Under the pieces are notes generated by a model. The model had not been told where the DNA came from. It saw only the letters and a program-made list of their open reading frames with translations, and searched no databases. From the NCBI RefSeq assembly GCF_000008385.1, contig NC_006833.1, positions 900,001-932,000 of the forward strand: a stretch of DNA of 32,000 nt, given 5' to 3'. The position numbers and the translations under genes are program-made. The first letter of the stretch is position 1; each line of letters starts with the position of its first letter. This stretch comes from Wolbachia endosymbiont strain TRS of Brugia malayi (GTDB taxonomy: Bacteria; Pseudomonadota; Alphaproteobacteria; Rickettsiales; Anaplasmataceae). Positions 10,950 to 21,439 of this stretch are shown piece after piece.

Positions 10950-13900
10950 TCACAGAACTGCATTATGAGCTAAAAGCAACTCTACAAGTCCTTGGGATTG
11001 CATCCAGCAGCATAGTATAATATTGTTCTACTTTCATTACTTTTAGCGTAACGTCTACGTTGTGTTTTAGTAGTACTTTTGCTATGTCAATCCTCCATCT
11101 TATAACAACCTAGTGCAATGGAGCGTTATCATCCTTACCCTTAGCATTAACATCGGCACCTTTTTAATGAGATATTTTGTCATTTCGATGTTTCCATTTC
11201 TGGTAGTACGATGTAGCAAAGTTTTGTTGCACTTGTCTTTTATATTAATACCTTTTTCTATAAAAAATTCTACTACTTTTAGTTTTTCACTCTCAATAGC
11301 AAAGTGTAATGGAGTCTGATTACCTCTGTTTTTAGCATCAGCAACTTTGTTGATCAGGCATTCCGTTATTCTAAAGCTTCCACATAATGCAGCTATGTGT
11401 AAAGGAGTACTGCCTTTTTTGTTTTTAACATTAACGCCAGCACTTTTTTCAACAAAGTATTCTATTGTATCCACGTTATCATTTTGAGCAGCAGAGTATA
11501 ATAGAGTACTACCATATTCATTTTAAGTGCCAATCCAGCACCTCTACCGATAAGATATTTAATCATATCTAACTTCCACTATAAGCAGTAACATGCAATA
11601 GAGTACCATTATACCTATTCTTTATGCTAATACCAGCGCATTTGCTAATAAGGGTACTCTACTATCTTCAGTTTCCTACTCTCAACAGCATAATGTAGTG
11701 GAGTTCAGCCATATTTATTTTAAGCATCAATATCAGCGCCTTTACTGACTGCTACTTTATTACTATATCTGATTTTTTACTATATATTACAAAATGTAAC
11801 AGAGTACCATAGGAAATAGTTCCACAGCATTATCGTTAATGTTAGCACTGTTGTTCACCAAATATTTCATAACATTCAGTTTCCTGCTATGAGCAGCCTC
11901 ATGCAAAGCAGTGCAACCATATTTATTTTTGTATCAATCCCAGCGCCTTTGTCAAGTAGGTACTTAATAATACCTAACTCTTCATTACCAGTAGCCATTT
12001 GCAGTGGACTCCAGACTTCTCTTAGCATTAACATTAGCACCTTTGCTAACCAACCATTCTACCATATTCAATTTTCCATTTCCAGCAGCGATGCATAATG
12101 GTGTTTGACCACAATTGTTCTCAGCATTAACAATTTTTCCTATTTTACCCGGAACGCCTTTCTATACGGGTTAGTATAGCCTTATTGCTTTTACAGTCAT
12201 CACTTTCAGCAAGTAAATGTAAAGGAGTGCTTTTCTTCATAAAAACCTATTCTTTATATGTATACAAGATGAGTTAAAGTAAAAATCACCAATCAGCCTA
12301 CTATGGTTGCTTGCATATCCCTAAACAGATGTAACATGGCCTGTATTGTTCACTATTCTACCATTATTTATCAATTCTAGAGCTCTTCTTAAAACTTTTC
12401 TTCTTTGCCTGCCTTTTGTGTTCTAATCTAGTTATCCCCCGCACCTAGCTCGTGAATATTTGCCACTCCCGCTTCTAAATCAATCACTTAGTATTTTATC
12501 AAGTAGCTCAACAGCACCCCCATAGCTTTTCTTTATCATCTGCCATTAATCTGGAAAAATTTCTTCTATATAAATCTTATCATGAGCAAAATAAGCCATG
12601 ATATCCCAAATTTCTGTAGTTTGCTTTCCACGTCCTCTGTTGCTCTTCATCTTATCACGTGTAATATTCCATATCGTTAACTTCTCGGATATGATTAATG
12701 TCACTTTTATAATTTCTTCTTCTTGCAAATAAACATTTTGTTTCTTCAAATGACTTCTTTCTTTGCTGCTTATATTTTTCAAAATAACCACTGAACTTCT
12801 TTAATTCGTCCTGCTCATCTTCATTTTAAATATATGCAACCGCTAGTCCCAAAGCTAATGAAAAAGACTTTTCTAGTTTAATCTTTTTTCTCTTCCATCG
12901 CAAAAGTCATTCTCTACATCTAGGACTCTCTCAAAAAATTATAAAACCTCTGTTTCCTCGAATTTATCAAACCATATTTCCTCTATCTCTTCTGCTGTTT
13001 TACTATTTTCCACTTTTCACTGCAGGAAGTGATAAAAACATAAGGCTTTCCCCAATTAGGACGCTGTGAACACAAAAAGGGTAGTAAAAATTTACTAATA
13101 CCCTTATATCCTCTAACATTACCAAAAACAAACAGGCTCATTCTTCCTACAAAAAAAGTATATATTTTTTCAACAACATTTTTTATCGCCTTTGTGCTTC
13201 TACGTTCATCTGTAGCAGAAACTCCTAGTCTTTATATATCTAGCTAGATCCAAGAAAGACTCTTTTATACTTTTAGGATCCTTAGAATCTATAAATATAA
13301 CATTGCCATCGTAACATTCCTTATAGTTGTAAGCATATTTCTTGACAAATTCAGTTTTATCTACCCCATCTAGATCTTTAATAACAACCATCTGCCTCGC
13401 ACTTTTTTGAAATCCACAACGCACAGCATTTAATTCATTACTCTCCCAACAAAATCATCTACTGGGTCCATCACATTATGCCAAATAGGTGTTTTTAAGA
13501 CTTCTCCTCTTATTTTTTCAAGAAGAGCTTTTACTTGCTCGTGTGATAGAAACTCCTCTTCTTCTTTTTCCATCAAAGTCAGTACTTCTTCCTGATAACC
13601 CGCTGCAAAAGTGCTTAGCATCAGTATTGCTGAACTCCTTGCCCAGCTCACCCTTAATAATCTTACTCAGCTCAGTTCCGCTTGACAAAAATCGACTGCA
13701 AATACTAATCTATCTTAAAAGTCTTATTTCCTTATTGCTGACTTCTCTAACTACCTTACACCTTATAAAACCCTTATTTTCTGCAAGTATGAGATAATAC
13801 TATTATCAAATTTATATCTTACACCACTACCTACATCCAGAAACTCATTTTGAGCGTTTACTTTTATAACTGAAATTTCCTTTCCTTTATTCTTCCACTT

Positions 13901-14345
13901 GACATTATTCTCAGCTTTCTTACTGGACGCAGTAATCAAATCTGTGGAATCAAAATCAGTGTTGTAATAATGACAAAATCTTCTATTTCACCCCCAAATT
14001 CTCCATTTACTTTTGATCTTCAAATAAGCAATGAGATAGTTTTATTAAACCAAACGCACCACCCTTTCCCTGCGCTAGTAATTCACCTATTCTGATCTTT
14101 TTGTTCCTATCCTTTTTCTGTGCTTGATTTGTATGAGCTTATGTGCTATTCTTCCGTCTTGTTCATAACAAAGAACAATATTATTGAAACCCTTAGCTGA
14201 CTTTTTCTCTGCAAATAGGAAAAAAGAATACTCCCTATCTACTGCATGTCTAGGAAATAACATTAGCTATCTTGCTTGATACATAATATTAGAAAAGATA
14301 TGCTTAACCACTGAGTAGGATAATTTTTCAGGTACTCCTCAACCT
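10950..14345 (-). pseudogene. Remnant of large nuclease-like / NB-ARC (STAND NTPase) / ankyrin-repeat protein gene
   Basis: Consecutive minus-strand frames read: 'MLFPRHAVDREYSFFLFAEKKSAKGFNNIVLCYEQDGRIAHKLIQIKHR' ... 'FCHYYNTDFDSTDL...EFLDVGSGVRYKF' ... 'DPVDDFVGRVMN/ELNAVRCGFQKSARQMVVIKDLDGVDKTEFVKKYAYNYKECYDGNVIFIDSKD' ... 'MSLFVFGNVRGYKGISKFLLPFL...KPYVFITSCSEK' ... 'TTEIWDIMAYFAHDKIYIEEIFPD' ... ankyrin repeats. Many stops and frameshifts. Confidence 0.75.
10990..12130 (-). repeat. Ankyrin repeat array (degenerate) forming the C-terminal part of the above remnant
   Basis: e.g. ORF 11100-11474: 'VDTIEYFVEKSAGVNVKNKKGSTPLHIAALCGSFRITECLINKVADAKNRGNQTPLHFAIESEKLKVVEFFIEKGINIKDKCNKTLLHRTTRNGNIEMTKYLI'; further repeat remnants up to about 12.1 kb. 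Confidence 0.85.
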
Positions 14346-14477
14346 CACACTATTTTACAAATAGTACCTATAAATGGTAAAAAAGTAATAAATCTATATG
14401 TCATGACATGCATATACCATAGTATGGATCTGAGAATATCTACAAGACGTACTGCCAATGCAAATAAAAAGGCGCAA

Positions 14478-15902
14478 CTAACTGCTCAATTTTTCACTCA
14501 AAATAAAGTTCACGACATCAGGGCTAGCTTTTCCTTTGGTAAGTTTCATGACTTCGCCAACAAAGAATCCGTATAGTTTTGTTTTACCATTTTGGTATTC
14601 TTGAACCTTATCTTGGTTGTCATTGATGATTTTGTCAATAATTTCTGATATTTGACCTTTATCGGTTATTTGCTTCAGGTCCTGCTCTTTTATGATCAAA
14701 GATGCTGGCTTGCCAGTTTCAAACATAATATCAAAAACTTGCTTGCCAAGCCTAGCAGAGATCGTTCCATCAACGATAAAATCTAAGAGTTCGGATAAGG
14801 CATTTGCTTTAATTGGGGAGCTCACAATATCAATACCCGCTTTATTCAAACGACCGAAAAGCTCTACAGTTAGCCAAGTAACAGCAAGTTTTGAATCGTG
14901 CTTTTTTATCAACTCCTCAAAATAGTTAGCAATTGCTTTATCAGAAGTGATGACATCAGCATCGTATTTGTTGATACTTAATTCTCTAATGTATCGTAGC
15001 TTTTTTTGATCTGGCAATTCGGGCAAAGATGATCTAATAGAATCAATTTTATCCTGGCTTATCTCAACAGGCAGTAAATCAGGTTCAGGAAAATACCTAT
15101 AATCACTCGCATCCTCTTTGTTTCGCATTACTTTTGTTTTTCCTAAAGAAACATCAAACAACAAGGTATCTTGACTTATTTTCTCGCCACTTTCCAAAAT
15201 TTCAATTTGCCTTTGTATTTCATAATCTATAGCTTGCATAATATAACATATTGAGTTTAGGTTTTTTATCTCGCAGCGGGTGCCGAATGTGCTACTGCCT
15301 TTTGGGCGAACAGAAACATTTGCATCACAACGAAGCGACCCCTTTTCCATATCACCATCACATGAGCCAATGTAACGCAAAATCTGCCTCAACTTTTTCA
15401 TGAATTCCGCAGCTTCCTCAGATGAACGAAGATCCGGCTCCGAGACAATTTCCATTAGAGCAACCCCTGCACGATTTAAATCTACATAAGTTTTGCTCTC
15501 TTCATGAATGCTTTTTCCTGCATCTTGCTCTAGATGAATTCTTGCGATTCTTACTTCTTTTTTATTATTATTGATAAATATTCTACCATTTTTAACTATT
15601 GGCTCAAAAAACTGAGTTATTTGATAACCTTGCGGTAAATCAGGGTAAAAATAATTTTTCCGATCAAAGTAAGAGCTCTTATTAATTTCCGCAGAAAGTG
15701 CAAGACCAGTGCGTATTGCCTGCTCTATAGAGTAGTAGTTCAGTATTGGTAGTGTACCTGGCATTGCTGCATCAACCAGAGAAACTTGAGTGTTATGTTC
15801 AGCGCCAAACTCAGTTGATGAGCTAGAAAATAGCTTTGTCTTAGAAGAAACTTGAGCGTGCACCTCAAGCCCAATTACCGCTTCCCAATCCCCTTTTGTC
15901 AT
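14478..15902 (-). CDS. gatB: Aspartyl/glutamyl-tRNA(Asn/Gln) amidotransferase subunit B
   Basis: 474-aa ORF: '[21 protein letters not shown]', '[17 protein letters not shown]', '[20 protein letters not shown]', 'EIKNLNS', '[12 protein letters not shown]'. Confidence 0.96.
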   Translation of the reverse strand: MTKGDWEAVIGLEVHAQVSSKTKLFSSSSTEFGAEHNTQVSLVDAAMPGTLPILNYYSIEQAIRTGLALSAEINKSSYFDRKNYFYPDLPQGYQITQFFEPIVKNGRIFINNNKKEVRIARIHLEQDAGKSIHEESKTYVDLNRAGVALMEIVSEPDLRSSEEAAEFMKKLRQILRYIGSCDGDMEKGSLRCDANVSVRPKGSSTFGTRCEIKNLNSICYIMQAIDYEIQRQIEILESGEKISQDTLLFDVSLGKTKVMRNKEDASDYRYFPEPDLLPVEISQDKIDSIRSSLPELPDQKKLRYIRELSINKYDADVITSDKAIANYFEELIKKHDSKLAVTWLTVELFGRLNKAGIDIVSSPIKANALSELLDFIVDGTISARLGKQVFDIMFETGKPASLIIKEQDLKQITDKGQISEIIDKIINDNQDKVQEYQNGKTKLYGFFVGEVMKLTKGKASPDVVNFILSEKLSS

Positions 15903-16262
15903 GTATTTGATTCAAATGATAATCCTAATATTCTGCAAAATTAGCACAACAAGTCAAAACAAAACTCACGTTTTTATATTTCATCTTAACTTTTTAACCT
16001 AATGTTTAAGCGCAGTGCGTACTAAAAATACAAAAAATTACTTAACAAATCTCACTAGCCCCCATAGTACTAAAGGTATTCAGTTATCTTCAATCTGTGC
16101 AGATTAAAATGACAAAGTATTACATAATTGACGTCTATGTTTAATTTTTTACACTATATGTATCTTACGTCTTCATAACATTTCTAGGTTCTTACCTATA
16201 TAAGCTGAAACTCGCTTATAAAGCGTTTTAGACAGTATATATGTCAATTCGCAGGATTAGAG

Positions 16263-16337
16263 AGTAAACACTATCTACCACGGAATATCTTTTGCTTTTT
16301 TTACTTAGTAAATTTCTTAATAATTTATAACTACCGT
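16263..16337. repeat. Dispersed ~75 bp repeat, copy A
   Basis: AGTAAACACTATCTACCACGGAATATCTTTTGCTTTTTTTACTTAGTAAATTTCTTAATAATTTATA aligns with the copy at 28189-28264. Confidence 0.55.
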
Positions 16338-16599
16338 TACCTCGCAGCAGGATCCAAAAATACTGCAAAGCATGATGAGAGATTGCCATTTCAGCGTGTT
16401 GGATCCAAGTGTCGGGGTACTTAGATGACAGAAAAGGGACTCTGGGATGACACTATCCTTCTAATAGTATACTAGCAACTGTTAGGCCTTACTAAAAAAT
16501 AAAGAGAAATATGAAAGCCCTATATCTTCTCACATCAAAAGAACTTGCTTTTTGACATGAATAATTATATATTTTTAATAAATTAGAGTTGTATACAAA

Positions 16600-17472
16600 A
16601 TGAAGAGCTTAAAGGAATTATCCTTAAGAATTAAGAATATTAGGTCTGTACAGAAAACTACGAAGATAATGCAAATGGTTTCTGCAGCAAAGTTATTACA
16701 GAGTCAAAAAAAGTTATCAAATTCAAAACTGTATATATCCAAGCTGCATGACATTATTTCTTCAATAATGTCATCCGCTGACCAGGAATTACTGGCAAAA
16801 ATTTTCACCACTGGCGATAACGATTCTTATCTAGTGTTTATCATTGCATCTGATCGTGGCTTATGCGGCAGTTTTAATTCCTCTATTGCAAAATCTAGCC
16901 AAGAGTATGTAAATAAATTGATTGCGAGTAGCAAAAAAGTAGATATTGTATTTCTTGGTAAAAAAGCTTTTGATATAGGTAAAAATAGATTCGACTCTAA
17001 AAGCATTTTAAAAATTGAAAACAGTAAGGGGATCACGCTAAAGCGTGTAGAAGCTTTAGTTGACAGTATGGATCTCAGTAAATATGATAGGATTAAAGTT
17101 TTCTATAATAAATTTTACAATACCTTCACACAGAAGCCAATGTTGGAAACGATAAAACCATGGAGTAAAAGCTCATCTTTGATTGATGACTATCTGACCA
17201 ATTCAACAATAGACTACAACTATAAATATGAACCACAAAATACTGAATTTATCTTACGATCTTTGATTCAAAATTACGTTGTAACTGCCCTTTACTCTGC
17301 TTTACTTGAAAGTGCAGCGAGTGAGAATAGTGCTAGAATGGCTGCTATGGAATCGGCTAATAGAAACACTAAGGAAATGCTGAATAAGTTGGCATTGCTT
17401 TACAATTGTTCTCGTCAAGCAGCGATTACAACTGACTTGATCGAAGTGATAGGTGGTGCAGAATCTTTGTAG
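16600..17472 (+). CDS. atpG: F0F1 ATP synthase subunit gamma
   Basis: 290-aa ORF: '[32 protein letters not shown]', '[10 protein letters not shown]', '[25 protein letters not shown]', '[22 protein letters not shown]'. Confidence 0.96.
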   Translation: MKSLKELSLRIKNIRSVQKTTKIMQMVSAAKLLQSQKKLSNSKLYISKLHDIISSIMSSADQELLAKIFTTGDNDSYLVFIIASDRGLCGSFNSSIAKSSQEYVNKLIASSKKVDIVFLGKKAFDIGKNRFDSKSILKIENSKGITLKRVEALVDSMDLSKYDRIKVFYNKFYNTFTQKPMLETIKPWSKSSSLIDDYLTNSTIDYNYKYEPQNTEFILRSLIQNYVVTALYSALLESAASENSARMAAMESANRNTKEMLNKLALLYNCSRQAAITTDLIEVIGGAESL

Positions 17473-17489
17473 AAATCTCAGGGATAAAA

Positions 17490-18824
17490 ATGAATATATT
17501 AAATATCGCAGCAGACATAATTAAACTAATAAAAAAGCAAAACCAAGACGCAGAGGTTGCAATATATGAAACTAACAAAATCTTCGTTTCCCAACGTCTA
17601 TCAAAAATTGAACAAATATCACAATCTAAGAATTGTACTATAGGAATTAGAGCTATAGCAGGTAAAACCAAAGCTGCGTATATTTCTACAAACGATTTAA
17701 ATAATCTTAGTGACATGGTAAGCAAAGTAGTAGAAATGGCAAAGAATGCACAAGAGGATCCTTACATTAATTTTGCTATAGATAGAGATAATTGTACCTA
17801 CTCTACAGGCTTAGGTATCTTAGATAATAATGTTGTAACTATTGATAATCTAAAAGAAATTGTCGAAGTTGCAGAAAACTCAGCTCTTGCGCATAAAAAT
17901 ATTATTAATTCTGAAGGAGCCTCTTCTTCACATGTTTTAGTAAATACAGTATTATCTACTGTTTCTGGTTTTATCGGCTCATTTAGTAAATCAACCTTTG
18001 CTAATCAGGTCTCTGTTGTCGCTGGAGAGGGAAGTGAGATGAAGATTGGCTATGACTACGATATAGCATGTAACTTCGGCGATTTAAAATCGCCAGAGTT
18101 AATAGGGAAAGAAGCAGCAAAAAGGGCAATTGATCAATTGAATTCACGCACGATTAAAACTGGTAAATTTCCAGTTATTTTTGAAAAAAGAGCAGCAAAA
18201 GAGCTAGTAAGAAATTTTGCTTCTGCTATAAACGGTAGCAGCATTGCGAATGACAGCTCTTTCTTGAGAAATAGTTTAAATACTCATATTTTCAACAATA
18301 GAATCAACATTATTGATGACCCATTGTTACCAAGGGGCATAGAATCAAGACCATTTGATGGAGAAGGAATAACTAGCAGGAAAAATACGTTTGTAAAAAA
18401 CGGAATACTACAAAATTGGATTCTGGATCTATACTCGGCTAAAAAGTTAAACTTGGAAACAACTGGAAATGCAACTCGTGCAAGTAATGCTGCAATCATT
18501 CCTGCAGCTAGTAACTTCTACGTCGAAAATGGTAATATATCACTTAAAGAATTAATTGAGGAAGTGAAAGAGGGAGTATATATAACTGATTTATTTAGCT
18601 TTGGTGTTAATTTAATTAATGGTGATTATAGTCAAGGTGCATCAGGATTTTTTATAGAAAATGGTAAAATAACGTATCCAATACACGAGATTACTGTTGC
18701 TAGCAATTTAAAAGACATGTTTAGCAACTTAGTCGTTGCGGACGATTTAACCTTCTGTGGGCAATTTAATTCACCAACGATTAAAGTTAGTGAAATGACA
18801 GTTGCAGGCTCGCTTAACAATTAG
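17490..18824 (+). CDS. pmbA: TldD/PmbA-family metalloprotease-like protein
   Basis: 444-aa ORF with 'PVIFEKRAAKELVRNFASAINGSSIANDSSFL', 'DDPLLPRGIESRPFDGEGITSRKNTFVKNGILQNWILDLYSAKKLNLETTGNATR', 'NGDYSQGASGFFIENG'. Confidence 0.88.
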   Translation: MNILNIAADIIKLIKKQNQDAEVAIYETNKIFVSQRLSKIEQISQSKNCTIGIRAIAGKTKAAYISTNDLNNLSDMVSKVVEMAKNAQEDPYINFAIDRDNCTYSTGLGILDNNVVTIDNLKEIVEVAENSALAHKNIINSEGASSSHVLVNTVLSTVSGFIGSFSKSTFANQVSVVAGEGSEMKIGYDYDIACNFGDLKSPELIGKEAAKRAIDQLNSRTIKTGKFPVIFEKRAAKELVRNFASAINGSSIANDSSFLRNSLNTHIFNNRINIIDDPLLPRGIESRPFDGEGITSRKNTFVKNGILQNWILDLYSAKKLNLETTGNATRASNAAIIPAASNFYVENGNISLKELIEEVKEGVYITDLFSFGVNLINGDYSQGASGFFIENGKITYPIHEITVASNLKDMFSNLVVADDLTFCGQFNSPTIKVSEMTVAGSLNN

Positions 18825-18999
18825 AAAATTTAGTTGCATCAAGTATAACAATTATGTATTATGGTTATGTAATGTTAATGGTAGACTATGGAATATGGAA
18901 GCTTAGTTTTAACAACTGAGCTTCAAGCATTCTTAATTTTAATTTCAAAGTTTTTCACCACATTAGTAGTATTAGTTAATAATTTTAGGAGTTGTTTCA

Positions 19000-19254
19000 A
19001 TGGAATTCGGTAATATAAAGTGGTTTAATGCTGAAAAAGGTTATGGCTTTATCAAGCCAGAAGCTAATGGAAATGATATTTTTGTACATATCAGTACGCT
19101 AGAACGTTCAGGAATAAGACCTGATTCACTCAGAGGAGAAAACAAGGAAAAGGGAATAAAAGGAGAAAGAGTAAGCTATGAGCTCAAAGAGGAGCGCGGT
19201 AGAAATGGAGAAGGAAAAAAATTTGCAATAAATTTGAAATTGTTAGAAGATTAA
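19000..19254 (+). CDS. cspA: Cold-shock domain protein
   Basis: 84-aa ORF: 'GNIKWFNAEKGYGFIKPEANGNDIFVHISTLERSG'. Confidence 0.9.
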   Translation: MEFGNIKWFNAEKGYGFIKPEANGNDIFVHISTLERSGIRPDSLRGENKEKGIKGERVSYELKEERGRNGEGKKFAINLKLLED

Positions 19255-19297
19255 TTCGCATTTTGATGATAAAAGTTCTTAGTAAAGCTGATATATT

Positions 19298-20524
19298 GTG
19301 AACAGCTTTTATGAAATGGGTCTCCCACTATTGCTTGCGCAAGCTCTAGATAAAAATAGTTTTTCTGTTCCAACTCCAGTTCAAGCACAGGCAATTCCCT
19401 TAGCTCTAAAGGGTAAAGATATTCTTGGATCTGCCCAAACGGGAACTGGAAAAACTTTGGCATTTGCTATTCCGTTAATTGCTAAGTTATTAGGTGAGCC
19501 TAACGCTAGTACAGCTTTGGTTATTGTACCAACCAGAGAGCTTGCGCAGCAGGTAACGAATGAAATAGGGAAGCTTTTGTTAAAAAACTCCGTGCTAAAG
19601 ATTGCCTTATTGATTGGTGGTGAGCCCATTTTCAGGCAGCTAAATCAGCTTCAGAGAAGGCCACGAATTGTAATAGGTACTCCTGGCCGTATTATAGATC
19701 ATATTGAGCGTAAAACTTTGATTACTAACAATGTCAGCACTCTTGTACTTGATGAAGTGGATCGTATGTTTGATATGGGTTTCGGAATTCAAATTGAAGG
19801 GATCATGAAATATCTCCCAAAAATGCGGCAAAACCTTATGTTTTCTGCAACTCTTCCTGGTGATATAGTTAAGCTTGCTGAGAAGTACTCGAACCAGCCA
19901 GAACGTGTTTCTGTTGAGAATGAAGCAACAACTTCTGTAAAAATCAAGCAAGAAATTATTTATGCATCAGAGTCAGAAAAGTATGGAAAGCTTGTTACAC
20001 AATTATATCAGCGTAAAGGATCGATCATTGTTTTTGTCAGGACAAAGCAAAGAGCAGATCAACTAGCTTACAAATTGCGCAAGGATAACCATAGTGCTTT
20101 GGCAATTCATGGTGACTTGAAGCAGCGCAAGCGCAAGAGGGTTATTAACTCTTTTCGTCGTGGTCACAATCAAATTATGGTTGCAACAGATGTTGCTTCT
20201 CGAGGTCTTGATATTCCTCACATCCAACATGTTATCAATTATGACGCACCGGAATCGCAAGCTAACTATATTCATCGCACAGGTAGAACTGCACGCGCTG
20301 GAGCTGAAGGGTACGCACTGTCCTTTATTACATCTCAGGATAAAAAAAGGCTGCCTACACTGACAGATAAAAAAGGAGAGCTAAATTTTGATTGTAATGT
20401 GCAATTTAAGAAATGTAGCAGTAAAAAGGTTTCTAGAAGGCCAAGTGCACTAAAAATTAAGTATGGTAGAAAAAAGACTAGTACTTTTAAAAAGAAAAGC
20501 ACAGTACTAGAGAAAATATATTAA
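19298..20524 (+). CDS. rhlE: DEAD-box RNA helicase (RhlE-like)
   Basis: 408-aa ORF with 'GSAQTGTGKTLAF', 'PTRELAQQV', 'TPGRIIDHIE', 'VLDEVDRM', 'FSATLP', 'RGLDIPHIQHVINYDAP', 'YIHRTGRTARAG'. Confidence 0.93.
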   Translation: MNSFYEMGLPLLLAQALDKNSFSVPTPVQAQAIPLALKGKDILGSAQTGTGKTLAFAIPLIAKLLGEPNASTALVIVPTRELAQQVTNEIGKLLLKNSVLKIALLIGGEPIFRQLNQLQRRPRIVIGTPGRIIDHIERKTLITNNVSTLVLDEVDRMFDMGFGIQIEGIMKYLPKMRQNLMFSATLPGDIVKLAEKYSNQPERVSVENEATTSVKIKQEIIYASESEKYGKLVTQLYQRKGSIIVFVRTKQRADQLAYKLRKDNHSALAIHGDLKQRKRKRVINSFRRGHNQIMVATDVASRGLDIPHIQHVINYDAPESQANYIHRTGRTARAGAEGYALSFITSQDKKRLPTLTDKKGELNFDCNVQFKKCSSKKVSRRPSALKIKYGRKKTSTFKKKSTVLEKIY

Positions 20525-20639
20525 TATATTAACCATCTTTTCCATTCTTAAAAAACCTCAGAGTAAAAAAAATGCTTTAGAAAATTGAGGGACCATAAAC
20601 CTACCTGCTGGATACTTTGTTACTAAAGAAGAGTTCAAG

Positions 20640-21151
20640 GAGATAAATCAAAACTCAGTGGCTTTTTCTATAAATCTACTAACTATTGCTCAATGCAATT
20701 TTATAACTCGCATTGGTGAAAGTTGGTACAGCAACTATGGCAGTGTCTACTATTAAAATTCTTTTTCCTAAACTTAATTTCTGATAAAATTTATCAGCAA
20801 GGTTAAGTTCATCATGTGAAAAACCATTTTCATGATCAACAATAATAGCAATATTCCTTTTGTTTTTTAGAACTTCATTGGAAGATTTTTCCTACCCTGC
20901 TTTATCACACAAGATAAAACTTCTATTCGAGAGTCAGGTAAATCATGGAAATTAACAGGAGGTAAAACCTCTGGCACACTTATTCTGCAACATTGTTCTG
21001 CAGTTTCGATTGCCTGTAATTTTGCTCTATTCAGATTAATATTCTTTACCACTGTATGTTCCGTTAAAATGAATTGAATACATGTTGCCTCCATTTCACA
21101 GTGGCTTGTTTTATTACATTGCTTAGAGTAGTATTTTTTACTATAGCACAA
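20640..21151 (-). pseudogene. Decayed protein-coding remnant of unknown family
   Basis: ORF 20867-21151 (...CCRISVPEVLPPVNFHDLPDSRIEVLSCVIKQG...) continues in a shifted frame as 'NEVLKNKRNIAIIVDHENGFSHDELNLADKFYQKLSLGKRILIVDTAIVAVPTF'; Asp-rich strand motifs vaguely Toprim-like. Family not established. Confidence 0.35.
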
Positions 21152-21229
21152 TACCTTCTATTGAAGGTTAGTCTACCAGAAAGACTACCATTTGCAAGCT
21201 GAAGATTGACCCACACTTAGCTCCTTGAA

Positions 21230-21301
21230 TGACTCTTACGGGATTTGAACCCGTGTTACCACCGTGAAAGGGTGATGTCCTAACCACTAGACGAAAGAGT
21301 C
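21230..21301 (-). tRNA. tRNA-Glu (TTC)
   Basis: Reverse complement GACTCTTTCGTCTAGTGGTTAGGACATCACCCTTTCACGGTGGTAACACGGGTTCAAATCCCGTAAGAGTCA; perfect acceptor stem GACTCTT/AAGAGTC; anticodon TTC; CCA not encoded. Confidence 0.96.
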
Positions 21302-21439
21302 AATGTGAATTAACTAAGTTATATTGATTATGCGTAAGAAGTCAATTCAATTATTTTAAAGCACAAACACCCTTTTCTATTCCACATTCAATATTCACGA
21401 ATTTACTTTAGAATTAGAAGTTTTAGGTTTTATTCTTAA

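Noticed and set aside
10950-12130. Ankyrin array considered as a stand-alone ank gene
   Set aside because: Same strand and order as the adjacent NB-ARC remnant with continuous protein-like signal between them, so treated as one gene. Separate genes cannot be fully excluded.
13489-13797. 102-aa plus-strand leucine-rich ORF
   Set aside because: Reverse-strand shadow of the glutamate/lysine-rich linker of the NB-ARC remnant.
17426-17725. 99-aa minus-strand ORF overlapping atpG/pmbA
   Set aside because: Antisense to well-supported CDSs; no recognisable domain.
19381-19951. Minus-strand ORFs inside the DEAD-box helicase gene
   Set aside because: Antisense shadows of a confidently identified CDS.
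20509-20535. AATATATTAATATATT palindrome at the helicase stop codon
   Set aside because: Pure A/T palindrome is expected by chance at this base composition; no GC stem or T-tract supporting a terminator.
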